Assembly: GCA_963778655.1 (NCBI GenBank)
Contig: CAVZVA010000009.1
Span: forward strand, 448,001-512,000
Direction of reading: 5' to 3'
DNA: 64,000 bases
Origin: an uncultured delta proteobacterium
Lineage (GTDB): Bacteria > Myxococcota_A > Polyangia > Polyangiales > JAFGIB01
Every line of letters starts with the position of its first letter. Position 1 is the stretch's first letter. Positions 10,311-19,823 of the stretch are shown here, in pieces. The position numbers were made by a program, and so were the translations under genes. Below the pieces are notes generated by a model. That model saw only the letters and a list, made by a program, of their open reading frames with translations, ran no database searches and had not been told where the DNA came from.

Positions 10311-11304
10311 TCACGCCGGACCCGGATCGCGTAAGGCTTGCCAGGCGAGCTGGGCCGCGCGCACATAGCCTCGCCGCCGGGAATCGACCTCGGCGCGCCG
10401 GTCGGCAGCGAGCCCTGCGGCCGCTCGCCAGAGCAGCCGACGATAGGCGCTGCCGGCGAGCACGCAGGCGGCGGCGACGCGTGCTTCGCGCGGGCTTGCG
10501 AAGCGCCGATAGTAGCCTAGGGTAGCCGCGGTGTAGTCGCCGATCCAGCGTGCGTAATCCTTGCGTGCGGAGGCGCCCAGGTGATGCAGCGCTTCGGCGG
10601 CGGGCTCGTAGCAGCACGCGTAGCCGGCGCGCACGGCCCGTGCGCGAAAATTCGAGGTCTTCCCCATACATGAAGGCGTGCTCGGGCAGTCCGCCAATGC
10701 GTTCGTAGACTTCGCGCCGGAACATCAGGGCGGCGCCCGTGAGCCAGTCGACCCTGCGGCGCTGCCCGTAGCGGGCGCGCATGGCGCGGGAGACGCTACG
10801 CCCGACCGGGAAATCGAGCGGGACGAGCTTGAAGAGGTAGCTCTGGAACAACGCTTCCTGTGCGATCGAAGGGAACGCGCCGCACGAGGGCTGGCGTGTA
10901 CCGTCCGGGTTGAAGAGCGCGGGCCCGCACAGGCCGAGGTCCGGCTGCGACGCCAGCGCATGGACGAGACCCGAGAGGCAGCCCGGTCGGAGGGCGGCGT
11001 CGGAATTGAGCAAGAACAGAAAGTCCCCGCGCGCGCGCGCCAGCGCTTGGTTGTTGGCCCGCGCGAAGCCGGTGTTCTCGGAGTTTGCGATCAGATGCGC
11101 CTCGGGGAAAGCCTGCCCGACGAGCTGCGCGCTGCCGTCGGTCGATGCATTGTCGACCACCCAGACGTCTTTCTCGCCGGGATACGGATCGCCGTACACC
11201 GAGATCAGGCATTCGCGGAGCAGCTCGCGGGTGTTGAACGAGACGACGATGATCGAGACCGTTTTGTCACGCGCACCCTCGCCATGGGAGACCGGTACGG
11301 TCAT
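10311..11304 (-). pseudogene. Glycosyltransferase family 2 (WbbL-like) interrupted by a frameshift near 10648
   Basis: N-terminal part (VVSFN, VDNAS, LNSD, MYGEDLEF) is in one frame; the natural continuation (ARAVRAGYACCYEPAAEALHHLGAS) is in ORF 10311..10697; real lesion or sequencing error. Confidence 0.75.
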
Positions 11305-11383
11305 GGTTGGCTCGGCCGCTGCCGGCCGGAACACTGCCCTCCAAGAATAGTCCAGCGCGGCTCAACCTTCCACGCCCGGCCCG

Positions 11384-11779
11384 TCACTCCTGCGCGGTCA
11401 TCACGTCGGCGGCGATCCGATAGAGCACGCGAACCTCGCCGGGCCGGCGAAATGGGTACTTGTCCTTGCCCAGGTATTTCTTGGCCATGCGGTCGATGTG
11501 GGCGTCGGCTCCATCCTTGGTGATCGTGGTCACGTGGCCGCGGATCAACACCGCGTCGTACGCGTTGTCCGGGTCCGTCACCGAGAGCGCCACCCGCGGA
11601 TCGCGTCGCATGTTTTGGTCCTTGACCCGGCCCTCGGCCGAGTTGATCAAGATCGTGTCGCCGTCCACGTCGACCCAGACCGGGCTCGACTGGGGGCTGC
11701 CGTCTGGCATCAGCGTGGCCAGATGTGCGAACGCCTGCTTACCGAGGATCTGCTTGATGTGGTCGGGGAGCTTGCCCAT
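11384..11779 (-). CDS. PPOX-class (pyridoxamine 5'-phosphate oxidase-like) F420-dependent oxidoreductase
   Basis: LATLMPDGSPQSSPVW, KDQNMRRDPRVALSV; GGAG RBS before ATG 11779. Confidence 0.85.
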   Translation of the reverse strand: MGKLPDHIKQILGKQAFAHLATLMPDGSPQSSPVWVDVDGDTILINSAEGRVKDQNMRRDPRVALSVTDPDNAYDAVLIRGHVTTITKDGADAHIDRMAKKYLGKDKYPFRRPGEVRVLYRIAADVMTAQE

Positions 11780-11989
11780 GTCGTGCTCCTGAGCGAGGAC
11801 GCCGGCGGCGCCTTGGTTCGTCTGAAGAGATCTGGGGACATAATCGGAGGGCGCAAGGGGGAAGACGGGCCTTCGCGCGCGCGAGCAGTGCGGATGATAC
11901 GCCGAAGTCGTGGCCGCGGCGGCCGCGCGGGAGGATGCTTTGAGTCCCGCGCGGAGGGAGTCGGCGCGACCCCCTGACAATCAAAGGAG

Positions 11990-12033
11990 AAATCAGAGTT
12001 TGTGATTCGATTCCGAATCGCGAGATCTGATTT
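11990..12033. promoter_or_regulatory. AT-rich 20-bp inverted repeat between divergent genes
   Basis: AAATCAGAGTTTGTGATTCG-attc-CGAATCGCGAGATCTGATTT. Confidence 0.5.
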
Positions 12034-12086
12034 AGTAGCGCGGGAGCGGCTCGCGCGTGTGCGGGCTGCGACACTTGGAGGCTGGC

Positions 12087-13013
12087 ATGTTTCCCGAGAT
12101 CCCCTATCCGGCGTGGCGCGAGACGTGTGAGGCCCTGCACCTGTACGCGCAGGTCGTAGGCAAGTACAGGCTCGCGCGGACGCCCTGGGTCAATCACTCC
12201 TGGCACGCGACCCTCTACGTGAACGGGCGCGGGCTGACCACCTCGCTGGTTCCCGACGGGCCGGGCGGCATCGAGATCGCCTTTGACTTGCTCGACCACG
12301 CTGTGGTGGGCACGGCCAGCGACGGGCGCAGAGCTGGCTTTCCGCTGCGCCCGATGTCGGTGGCCGCGTTTCAAGCCCAGTCGCGCGCGCTGGTCGCTGA
12401 GCTCGGCGGCACGCCCCACTTTCACGGCCGGCCGAACGAGGTGCCGGGCGCGCTCGCCTTCGCCGACGACGTGGAAGCGCGGCCCTACGATGCCGCCGCC
12501 GTCACGCGCTTCTTTCACGCGCTGGTGGCGGTTCACCGCGTGCTGGAGCGCTTTCGGACCTCGTTCGTCGGCAAGGTGAGCCCCACGCACCTGTTCTGGG
12601 GCAGCTTCGATCTCGCGGTTACGCGCTTCTCGGGGCGCCGCGCGCCGCTGCACCCGGGTGGCGTTCCCGGCTTGCCCGACGATGTCACGCGCGAGGCGTA
12701 CAGCCATGAGGTGTCCTCCGCCGGCTTCTGGCCCGGGGGTGCAGGCGTCGACGAGCCCTCCTTCTACTCCTATGCGTACCCGGCACCCGAGGGCTTCGCC
12801 AAGGCAGCGGTCGCGCCGCAGCAGGCGCGCTTCGACGACAAGCTCGGGGAATTCATCCTGCCCTACGCAGCGGTGCGCCGCGCGCGCGATCCGGAAGCCA
12901 CGCTGTTGTCGTTTCTCGATGCCACCTACCGCGCCGCCGCCGATCTCGGCGGCTGGGATCGGGCGGCGCTCGATTGCATGGTCGGCGAGCCGCTGCGGCC
13001 GCGACCACTCTGA
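12087..13013 (+). CDS. DUF5996 family protein
   Basis: QVVGKYRL..PWVNHSWH, HLFWGSFDLAVTRFSGR, EAYSHEVSSAGFWPG, FYSYAYP. Confidence 0.8.
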   Translation: MFPEIPYPAWRETCEALHLYAQVVGKYRLARTPWVNHSWHATLYVNGRGLTTSLVPDGPGGIEIAFDLLDHAVVGTASDGRRAGFPLRPMSVAAFQAQSRALVAELGGTPHFHGRPNEVPGALAFADDVEARPYDAAAVTRFFHALVAVHRVLERFRTSFVGKVSPTHLFWGSFDLAVTRFSGRRAPLHPGGVPGLPDDVTREAYSHEVSSAGFWPGGAGVDEPSFYSYAYPAPEGFAKAAVAPQQARFDDKLGEFILPYAAVRRARDPEATLLSFLDATYRAAADLGGWDRAALDCMVGEPLRPRPL

Positions 13014-13106
13014 GCTGTTCCGCGCGCGGCTCGAGAGCGTGCGACGATGCCGGCGGTTTGTGCCTGCGTGGGGCGGAAGCGCATCTCACGAATCGCGAGC
13101 TCTGCT

Positions 13107-15104
13107 TTAGGGCACGGCTTCGTCGCTCGCCGCCAGCTCCAGCAGGAGCTGGCGGGCCTTGACCTGATCGCCGCGGCGGACGTGCACCGCCGCGACCACG
13201 CCGTCGGTGTCCGCCGGTACCCGCAACTCGAGCTTCATCGCCTCCACCACCGCGAGCGTTTGTCCGCGCAGCACCCGATCGCCGACGGCGACCGCCACCT
13301 CGAGCACCGAGCCGTCCATCGGCGCGAGCGCCCGCCCGTTGCCGGGCGCGTGGCTGGCGGCCGGCGGCGCATGGGTGAGATCGCGGAACGCGCGCGCGCC
13401 CCGCGCGGCGTGGAGCCACAGCACGTCGCCGTCCCAGGCGTGATCGAAACGCTGGCGCAGCCCCTCGATCCGCGCGACCAGCCAGGTGTCGGTGGCGTCC
13501 AGCAGCTGCGCGGCGACGCGCGATGCGCCTGCGTGGATCGTCAGCGCGCCCGCTTCGCCGCCCGGCTCGATGCTCAGCGCGAAGCAACGCTCGTCGTGCT
13601 CCAGCAGCAGCGGCCAGCCGAGCCCGACGCAGTTGCTGTGCCCTGCCAGCTCCGCGGGGTAGGGAGCCCGGGCTTGCGCGTGCGCCACGAAGGCGAGCGC
13701 GGCGGCCGCCAGCTCCGGGAGGTCCGGCTCCTGGGCGCCCGCGGGCGCTGGCTGCGCGTCGAGAAAATCGGTCGTCAGCTCGGCGGCGACGAAGCCCGGG
13801 TGCTCCAGCAGCGTGCGCAGAAACGCCTGGTTGGTCTGCACGCCCAGCACCCGCAACGCGCCCAGCGCCGCGCCCAGCCGCCGCCGCGCCTGCTCGCGGT
13901 CCGTGCCCCACGCGATCAGCTTGGCCAGCAGCGGGTCGTAGTGCGAGCCCACCACCAGCCCCTCGCGCAGGGCGTGGTCGACGCGCAGCCCGTGGGCGTG
14001 CGGCACGCTCAATCCCAGCACTCGGCCGGTCGCAGGCACGAAATCCCGCTCTGGCACCTCCGCGTACAGCCTTGCCTCGATCGCGTGGCCGCGCAGCACG
14101 AGCTCGCGTTGGGTGAGCGGTAGCACCTGGCCTTCGGCGATCCGCAGCTGCTGCTCGACCAGGTCGAGCCCGGTGATCAGCTCGGTCACGGGGTGCTCGA
14201 CCTGCAAGCGCGTGTTCATCTCCAGGAAGTAGAACTCGCCGCTCGGCGCGAGCAGCAGCTCCACGGTGCCAGCGCCCAGGTAGGCCGAGCTGCGCGCGGC
14301 CAGCACCGCGATTTCGCCCATTCGCTCGCGCAGCGCCGCGTCCACGGCAGGCGAGGGCGCTTCCTCGATCACCTTCTGAAAGCGCCGCTGCACCGAGCAA
14401 TCGCGCTCGCCCAGGTGCACCACGTGGCCGTGCACGTCCGCGAGCACCTGCAGCTCGACGTGGCGCGCGCCTTCGATCGCGCGCTCGAGCAGCAGCCGGC
14501 CGTCGCCGAACGCGTGCTCGGCTTCCGAGCGCGCGCGGGCGATCGCTTCGGGCAGCTGCGCGGCCTCGCCGACGCGCCGCATGCCGCGCCCGCCGCCACC
14601 AGCCACGGCCTTGACCAGCAGCGGAAAGCCGATGCGTGCGGCCTGCGCCGCGAGCGCCTCATCGCTCTGGTCCTCGCCGTCGTAGCCCGGCACGCAGGGC
14701 ACGCCGGCGGCGCGCATTGCGATTCGGGCGCGGCGCTTGTCGCCCATCAGCTCGATCGTTTCGGGCCGGGGCCCGATGAAGACCAGCCCGGCCTGGGCGC
14801 AGGCACGCGCGAAGCCGGCGTTTTCGGACAGCAGCCCGTAGCCCGGGTGCACGGCATCGGCGCCCGCGCGGCGCGCCGCCTCGATCACCGCCGCCCCGTT
14901 CAAATAGGACGCGCGTACGTGCGCCGGTCCGATCGGCAGCGCGGCGTCGGCCGCGCGCACGTGCTCCGCTTCGGCGTCGGCTTCGCTGTACACAGCGGTC
15001 ACGCGGTAGCCGAGCGCGTGCGCGGTGCGCAGGATGCGCAGCGCGATCTCGCCGCGGTTCGCGATCAGCAGATTGCGCAAAGGTCGAACGGCCGCTGCGC
15101 TCAC
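13107..15104 (-). CDS. atuF: Biotin-dependent acyl-CoA carboxylase alpha subunit (geranyl-CoA carboxylase-like)
   Basis: ANRGEIA, HPGYG, RDCSVQRR, EMNTRLQVEHPVTE, C-terminal EAMK biotinylation site; co-oriented with atuA. Confidence 0.8.
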   Translation of the reverse strand: MSAAAVRPLRNLLIANRGEIALRILRTAHALGYRVTAVYSEADAEAEHVRAADAALPIGPAHVRASYLNGAAVIEAARRAGADAVHPGYGLLSENAGFARACAQAGLVFIGPRPETIELMGDKRRARIAMRAAGVPCVPGYDGEDQSDEALAAQAARIGFPLLVKAVAGGGGRGMRRVGEAAQLPEAIARARSEAEHAFGDGRLLLERAIEGARHVELQVLADVHGHVVHLGERDCSVQRRFQKVIEEAPSPAVDAALRERMGEIAVLAARSSAYLGAGTVELLLAPSGEFYFLEMNTRLQVEHPVTELITGLDLVEQQLRIAEGQVLPLTQRELVLRGHAIEARLYAEVPERDFVPATGRVLGLSVPHAHGLRVDHALREGLVVGSHYDPLLAKLIAWGTDREQARRRLGAALGALRVLGVQTNQAFLRTLLEHPGFVAAELTTDFLDAQPAPAGAQEPDLPELAAAALAFVAHAQARAPYPAELAGHSNCVGLGWPLLLEHDERCFALSIEPGGEAGALTIHAGASRVAAQLLDATDTWLVARIEGLRQRFDHAWDGDVLWLHAARGARAFRDLTHAPPAASHAPGNGRALAPMDGSVLEVAVAVGDRVLRGQTLAVVEAMKLELRVPADTDGVVAAVHVRRGDQVKARQLLLELAASDEAVP

Positions 15105-15170
15105 CTCATGCTCCTCTCGGCAGCGTGTGACGCCGCCCGCGCGCCGCCGCCGCTACCCGTGCTGCAGGGC

Positions 15171-15995
15171 TCACGGCTCCGCCCACTTCGGCAAGCGTTT
15201 CTCCACGAATGCCTGCGTGCCTTCGCGGGCCTCGTCGCCGAGCGAGGCGTGCGCGAACACCTGCGCGGCTTCGTCCAGCACGCTCTGCGGATCGCGTCCG
15301 ACCGCGGAGAGCAGCAGGCGCTTGGTCGCGACGTTGGCGCGCGGCGCGCAGCGCCGGATCTGCCCGAGCAGCCGCGAGAGGGCGGCCTCGAGCGCGGCCG
15401 CGTCGGTGCAGGCTTCGTGCACCAGGCCGAGCCGCGCGGCCTCGGCGCCGTCGAAGCGCGCGCCGGTCAGCATCAACCGCCGCGCCTGGGTCAGGCCCAG
15501 GCGCTGCAACACGAACGGCGCGATCTGCGCTGGGATCAAGCCGAGCCCTGTCTCCGGCAGCCCGAAGCGCGCGCCGTGCACGGCCAGCGCCACGTCCGAC
15601 ACGCAGACCAGCCCGAAGCCCCCGCCCATCACCGCGCCCTCGATCAGCGCGATCACCGGCACCGGAACCGACGAGACCGCGGTCATCAGCTCGCCGAAGC
15701 GGCGATTGGCGCGCGCCGCCGCCTGCGCGGCATCCCCACCCGCCGGGGACGCCGGCCTGCTCCGTGCGTCCGCCAGCTGCTTGACGTCGGCGCCCGCGCA
15801 GAAGTTGCCGCCGGCGCCGCGCAGGACCAGGGCGCGCAACGCGTGCTCGTGCTGCACGGCGGCGAGCAGCGCCAACAGCTCGTCGATCATCGCCGGCGAA
15901 AGCGCATTGCGCCGCTCTGGCCGGTTGAGCGTGAGGTGGAGCACGCCGCGCTCCTCGCGCGCGATCAGGGTCTCGAAGGAGGTGGGAATCGTCAT
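15171..15995 (-). CDS. atuE: Enoyl-CoA hydratase (isohexenylglutaconyl-CoA hydratase-like)
   Basis: LNRPERRNAL, FCAGAD, MGGGFGL, LPETGLGLIPAQI; start overlaps the atuA stop. Confidence 0.8.
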   Translation of the reverse strand: MTIPTSFETLIAREERGVLHLTLNRPERRNALSPAMIDELLALLAAVQHEHALRALVLRGAGGNFCAGADVKQLADARSRPASPAGGDAAQAAARANRRFGELMTAVSSVPVPVIALIEGAVMGGGFGLVCVSDVALAVHGARFGLPETGLGLIPAQIAPFVLQRLGLTQARRLMLTGARFDGAEAARLGLVHEACTDAAALEAALSRLLGQIRRCAPRANVATKRLLLSAVGRDPQSVLDEAAQVFAHASLGDEAREGTQAFVEKRLPKWAEP

Positions 15996-17845
15996 CTCGT
16001 CTCTCCCGCCGCGTGCCGGCGCAGCTCGTGATAGATCGCTTCGGGCACCTCTACCTCGAAGGCCAGCAGCTGCTGCGCGTGGGCCTTGCCCTGTGGGTCG
16101 GCGCGCAGCGAGGCCACGCCCCCGCCACCCAAGCTGTTTTCGAGCAGGAAGTTCCATCCCTGGCAGCCGGGCAGGCTGAAGCGCGTGACGCGCCCGCTGT
16201 GCGGATCGAGCAGGTGTGCGAGGTGCCGCGCCACGGCGTCGGCGCTGAGCGCGGCGCCGATCAGCGGCACGAAGCGCGGCTCGCGCGCCAGGATGCCGAT
16301 GTTGCTGTGGTTGCCCTTGTCACCGCTGCGCCCGTGCGCGAGCGCGATCAACGGCACGCGAAACGAGCTCTCGACCACGGGATAGTCGGGCTCGTGCGCG
16401 ACCGGCGGCGGCTCGTCCTGGGCCGCCGGGAGCTCCGGGGTTGCGACTTGCCTGCGCTCGCCGTCCAGATCGAGCACAGCCGGCACGCGCGCCTTGTCGA
16501 CCAGGAAGGAGAACAACCGGATCACGGCCGCAGGCTGTGCGCCGCCGCCCACGGTCGAGGCGAAGCCGGGCGCCATGGCGGTGCCGGCCTGCGGAAGCTC
16601 GCGCACGAACAGCTTGAGCGCGTCGCGATCGGCGTGGCTGGCGGCGATGCGCACCACCACCTCGCGCGTGCCGAGCGCGCGCGCGTGCGGGCCGTAAGTC
16701 GACTCCGCGCCCAGCACGTCGATCTGGGTGGCGCGCAGTGGCCCGAAGCCGCGCGCGCGCAGCAGCCGCTCGATCTTGTCCACCAGCGCGCGCGCCACGC
16801 GCATGCCCTTGCGTGCCGCTTCTTCGCCCGCGAGCAGGATTCCAGCCGACACCTTGTAGCCGTCGGGGTAGGTGGCCGAGACTTTGTAGCGGGCAGGAGG
16901 CGGGCGGCCGCTGGCGCCGCTCACGCGCACGCGGTCGGGGCCGACCTGCTCCGCGCGCACCTGACTGAAGTCGCAGATCACGTCGGGCAGCACGTACGCG
17001 CGCGGATCGCCGATCTCGTAGACCAGCTGCTCGTAGACCACCGCCGGCGTGACCAATCCGCCTGTGTGCTCCGGTTTGGTGACCACGAAGCTGCCGTCGG
17101 CCGAGCACTCCGCGATCGGAAAGCCCATGTCCTCGTAGCCGGGCACCGACTCCCAATCGGTGAACAGGCCGCCGGTGGCCTGCGCCCCGCACTCGATGAT
17201 GTGACCGGCCAGGCTGCCCTGCGCCAGCCGATCGAAGTCGTCCCAGCGCCAGCCGAGCTCGTGCACCAGCGGGCCGAGCGCGAGCGCGCTATCGACCACG
17301 CGGCCGGTGATGACGATCTCGGCGCCGGCCGCCAGGGCGTCGGCGATCGGCTTGGCGCCGAAGTAGGCGTTGGCGCTCAGCAGCGCGGGCGGCAGCGGCG
17401 CGTCGCTGTACATCTCGCGTACCCCTTCGGCCGCGAGCTGTTGCTGCTGGGGCAGCAGGTCATCGCCCAGCACCACCGCGATCCGGGGCGAAAGGCCCTG
17501 CTCCGCGGCCAGCGCGCGCAGCGCTTCGCGACAAGCCAGCGGGTTGACCCCGCCGGCGTTGGTGACGATCCGCACGCCCTGCCCGAGCGCGTCCTTCAAG
17601 CAGTGGCGCATCACGCGGTTGACGAAGTCGGTGGCGTAGCCGCCGCCTTCGGCGCGCAGGCGCGCGGCGGCCATGATCGACATCGTGATCTCGGCCAGGT
17701 AGTCGAGCACCAGGTAGTCGAGCGCCCCACCGCGCAGCAGTTGCGGCGCAGCGGTCTCGGTGTCGCCCCAGAAGCCGGCGGCACAGCCGATGCGGAGCGC
17801 GCGATTGCCGGGGGGATGGCGTTTCAAAGCGGGTGTCGTCTCCAC
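15992..17845 (-). CDS. atuA: Acyclic terpene utilization protein AtuA
   Basis: AGFWGD, DYLAEITM, GHIIECGAQATGG, EQLVYEIGDP, RSGDKGN, DPQGKA. Confidence 0.9.
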   Translation of the reverse strand: METTPALKRHPPGNRALRIGCAAGFWGDTETAAPQLLRGGALDYLVLDYLAEITMSIMAAARLRAEGGGYATDFVNRVMRHCLKDALGQGVRIVTNAGGVNPLACREALRALAAEQGLSPRIAVVLGDDLLPQQQQLAAEGVREMYSDAPLPPALLSANAYFGAKPIADALAAGAEIVITGRVVDSALALGPLVHELGWRWDDFDRLAQGSLAGHIIECGAQATGGLFTDWESVPGYEDMGFPIAECSADGSFVVTKPEHTGGLVTPAVVYEQLVYEIGDPRAYVLPDVICDFSQVRAEQVGPDRVRVSGASGRPPPARYKVSATYPDGYKVSAGILLAGEEAARKGMRVARALVDKIERLLRARGFGPLRATQIDVLGAESTYGPHARALGTREVVVRIAASHADRDALKLFVRELPQAGTAMAPGFASTVGGGAQPAAVIRLFSFLVDKARVPAVLDLDGERRQVATPELPAAQDEPPPVAHEPDYPVVESSFRVPLIALAHGRSGDKGNHSNIGILAREPRFVPLIGAALSADAVARHLAHLLDPHSGRVTRFSLPGCQGWNFLLENSLGGGGVASLRADPQGKAHAQQLLAFEVEVPEAIYHELRRHAAGETR

Positions 17846-17864
17846 AGCGGCTAGCGTGGCACAG

Positions 17865-17922
17865 GATCACAGGAAGACGGCAAGGGGGGCTGTTGCTTCC
17901 CGTCTTCCCGCCTTCCTGTGTC
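17865..17922. repeat. GGAAGRCG-octamer palindromic intergenic element, copy A
   Basis: GATCACAGGAAGACGGCAAG...CTTCCCGTCTTCCCGCCTTCCTGTG. Confidence 0.75.
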
Positions 17923-18028
17923 TTGGTTCCCGATCGGGCGCCCGAGCAAGGACGCGCGGGGGCTTGACCGAGCACGCGCTTGGTAAGACCCTAACCTATC
18001 AAGCGAGCGCTTGGTTTGCGAGGCGGCG

Positions 18029-19672
18029 ATGACCGAGTTGCGCAGCGCCATCGTCCCCGGCAGCGACGAGCAAGACGCTCGGCGCGCGTTCATGCGCGCG
18101 CAGGTGGCGCGTGTGCTCGAGGTGCAGGCCAACATCGCCGGCAGCGAGCAGCGCTACGCCGAGCGCGCGCGCAAGGCCGGCAAGCTGCTGCCCCGCGAGC
18201 GGCTGGGACGGCTGCTCGACCCCGGCGCACCGTTTCTCGAGCTCGCGCCGCTCGCCGGCTATCGCATGTACGGCGATACGGACGGCAGCAGCGCCGGCGG
18301 CAACCTGATCGCAGGCATCGGCTTCGTCGCCGGCCGGCGCTGTCTCGCGATCGCCTGGAACTATGCGATCAAGGGCGGCACGATCACGCGCGTCACCACG
18401 CAGAAGATGCTGCGCCTGCAGGAGATCGCCCGCCGCCAGCGGCTGCCGATCGTGTCGCTGAGCGAGAGCGGCGGGGGCAACCTCGAGGGCGGCGGCGCCG
18501 GCGACCCCTGGGGCGCGTACGGCTTCATCGAGGGCGGTCTGTGTTACTGCCAGCAAGCCGAGCTCTCGGCCGCGGGCATCCCGCAGGTGGTGGTTGCGCA
18601 CGGCAATGCGACCGCGGGCGGCGCGTACCACGTCGCGCTGTCGGACTACGTGGTGCTGGTGCGGGGGCAGACCCAGCTGTTTCTGGCCGGCCCGCCGCTG
18701 CTCAAGGCCGCCACCGGCGAGATCGCGGGGGTGGAGGAGCTGGGTGGCGCCGAGATGCACGCGCGCGTCTCCGGTACCGGCGAGTATCTGGCGCAGGACG
18801 ACGCCGACGGCATTCGAATCGCGCGCGAGATCATGGCCCGGCTGCCCGCGTCCGCGCCGCCGCTGCCCGACGCGCCACCCGAGCCGCCGCGCTTGGATCC
18901 GCAGGAGCTCGACTGCGTGGTACCGCCCGACCCCAAGCTGTTCTACGACGTGCGCGAGATCATCGCGCGCATCGCCGACGGATCGCGCTTTCTCGAGCTC
19001 GGCGCCGAGCTCGACCAGGGTGCGGTATGCGGTCACATCCACCTGGGCGGCTACCGCGCCGCAGTGATCGGCAACAACGCGCCGATCACGCCCGACGGAG
19101 CGAAGAAGGCCGCCCAGCTGCTGCAGCTCTGCGACCAGAGCGACACGCCGGTGATCTTCCTGCACAACACCACCGGCTTCCTGGTCGGCGTCGAGGCCGA
19201 GCGCCAGGGTCAGGTCAAGCACGGCGCCAAGCTGATCCAGGCGGTGGCCAATGCGCGCGTGCCCAAGCTGGCGCTGGTGGTGGGCAACAGCTACGGCGCT
19301 GGCAACTACGCGATGGCCAGCCGCGCGCTGAAGCCCGACTTCGTGTTCGCCTGGCCGAGCGCGCGGACGGCGGTGATGGGCGGCGCGCAGGCGGCCAAGG
19401 TGATGCGGATCGTCGCCGAGCAGAAGCTCGCGCGCCGCGGCGGCGGCACGCTCGACGAGTCGGCCCGGGCACAGCTCGATCAGCAAGCGGCCGCGGTCGA
19501 GGCCGGGCTCGACGCCATCAGCGAGGCGCTGCACTGCAGCGCCCGGCTGTTCGACGACGGCATCATCGACCCGCGCGACTCGCGCAAGGTGCTGCTGCTG
19601 GCGTTGCAGACCTGCTTGCAGGGCCGCATCACGCCCCTACGCCCGAGCACCTTCGGCGTGGCGAGGTTCTGA
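18029..19672 (+). CDS. atuC: Acyl-CoA carboxylase beta (carboxyltransferase) subunit, geranyl-CoA carboxylase-like
   Basis: LLPRERL..LLDPG, ESGGGNL, HGNATAGGAY, GNSYGAGNYAM, DDGIIDPRD. Confidence 0.8.
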   Translation: MTELRSAIVPGSDEQDARRAFMRAQVARVLEVQANIAGSEQRYAERARKAGKLLPRERLGRLLDPGAPFLELAPLAGYRMYGDTDGSSAGGNLIAGIGFVAGRRCLAIAWNYAIKGGTITRVTTQKMLRLQEIARRQRLPIVSLSESGGGNLEGGGAGDPWGAYGFIEGGLCYCQQAELSAAGIPQVVVAHGNATAGGAYHVALSDYVVLVRGQTQLFLAGPPLLKAATGEIAGVEELGGAEMHARVSGTGEYLAQDDADGIRIAREIMARLPASAPPLPDAPPEPPRLDPQELDCVVPPDPKLFYDVREIIARIADGSRFLELGAELDQGAVCGHIHLGGYRAAVIGNNAPITPDGAKKAAQLLQLCDQSDTPVIFLHNTTGFLVGVEAERQGQVKHGAKLIQAVANARVPKLALVVGNSYGAGNYAMASRALKPDFVFAWPSARTAVMGGAQAAKVMRIVAEQKLARRGGGTLDESARAQLDQQAAAVEAGLDAISEALHCSARLFDDGIIDPRDSRKVLLLALQTCLQGRITPLRPSTFGVARF

Positions 19673-19718
19673 GCGCCGCCGCGTGCGGCAAGAACAGCAT
19701 GACCCCGAACGGAACAGA

Positions 19719-19780
19719 CACAGAAAGACGGGAAGCCCAAATGCAACTCCTACTGCCCGCCCTCCCGGTTTCCCGTGAAT
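19719..19780. repeat. GGAAGRCG-octamer palindromic element, copy B (degenerate)
   Basis: CACAGAAAGACGGGAAG...CTCCCGGTTTCCCGTG. Confidence 0.6.
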
Positions 19781-19823
19781 TCCTCTTCGAGGTGGCCACG
19801 TGCGGGCGAGGGGGCAGGTGAGC

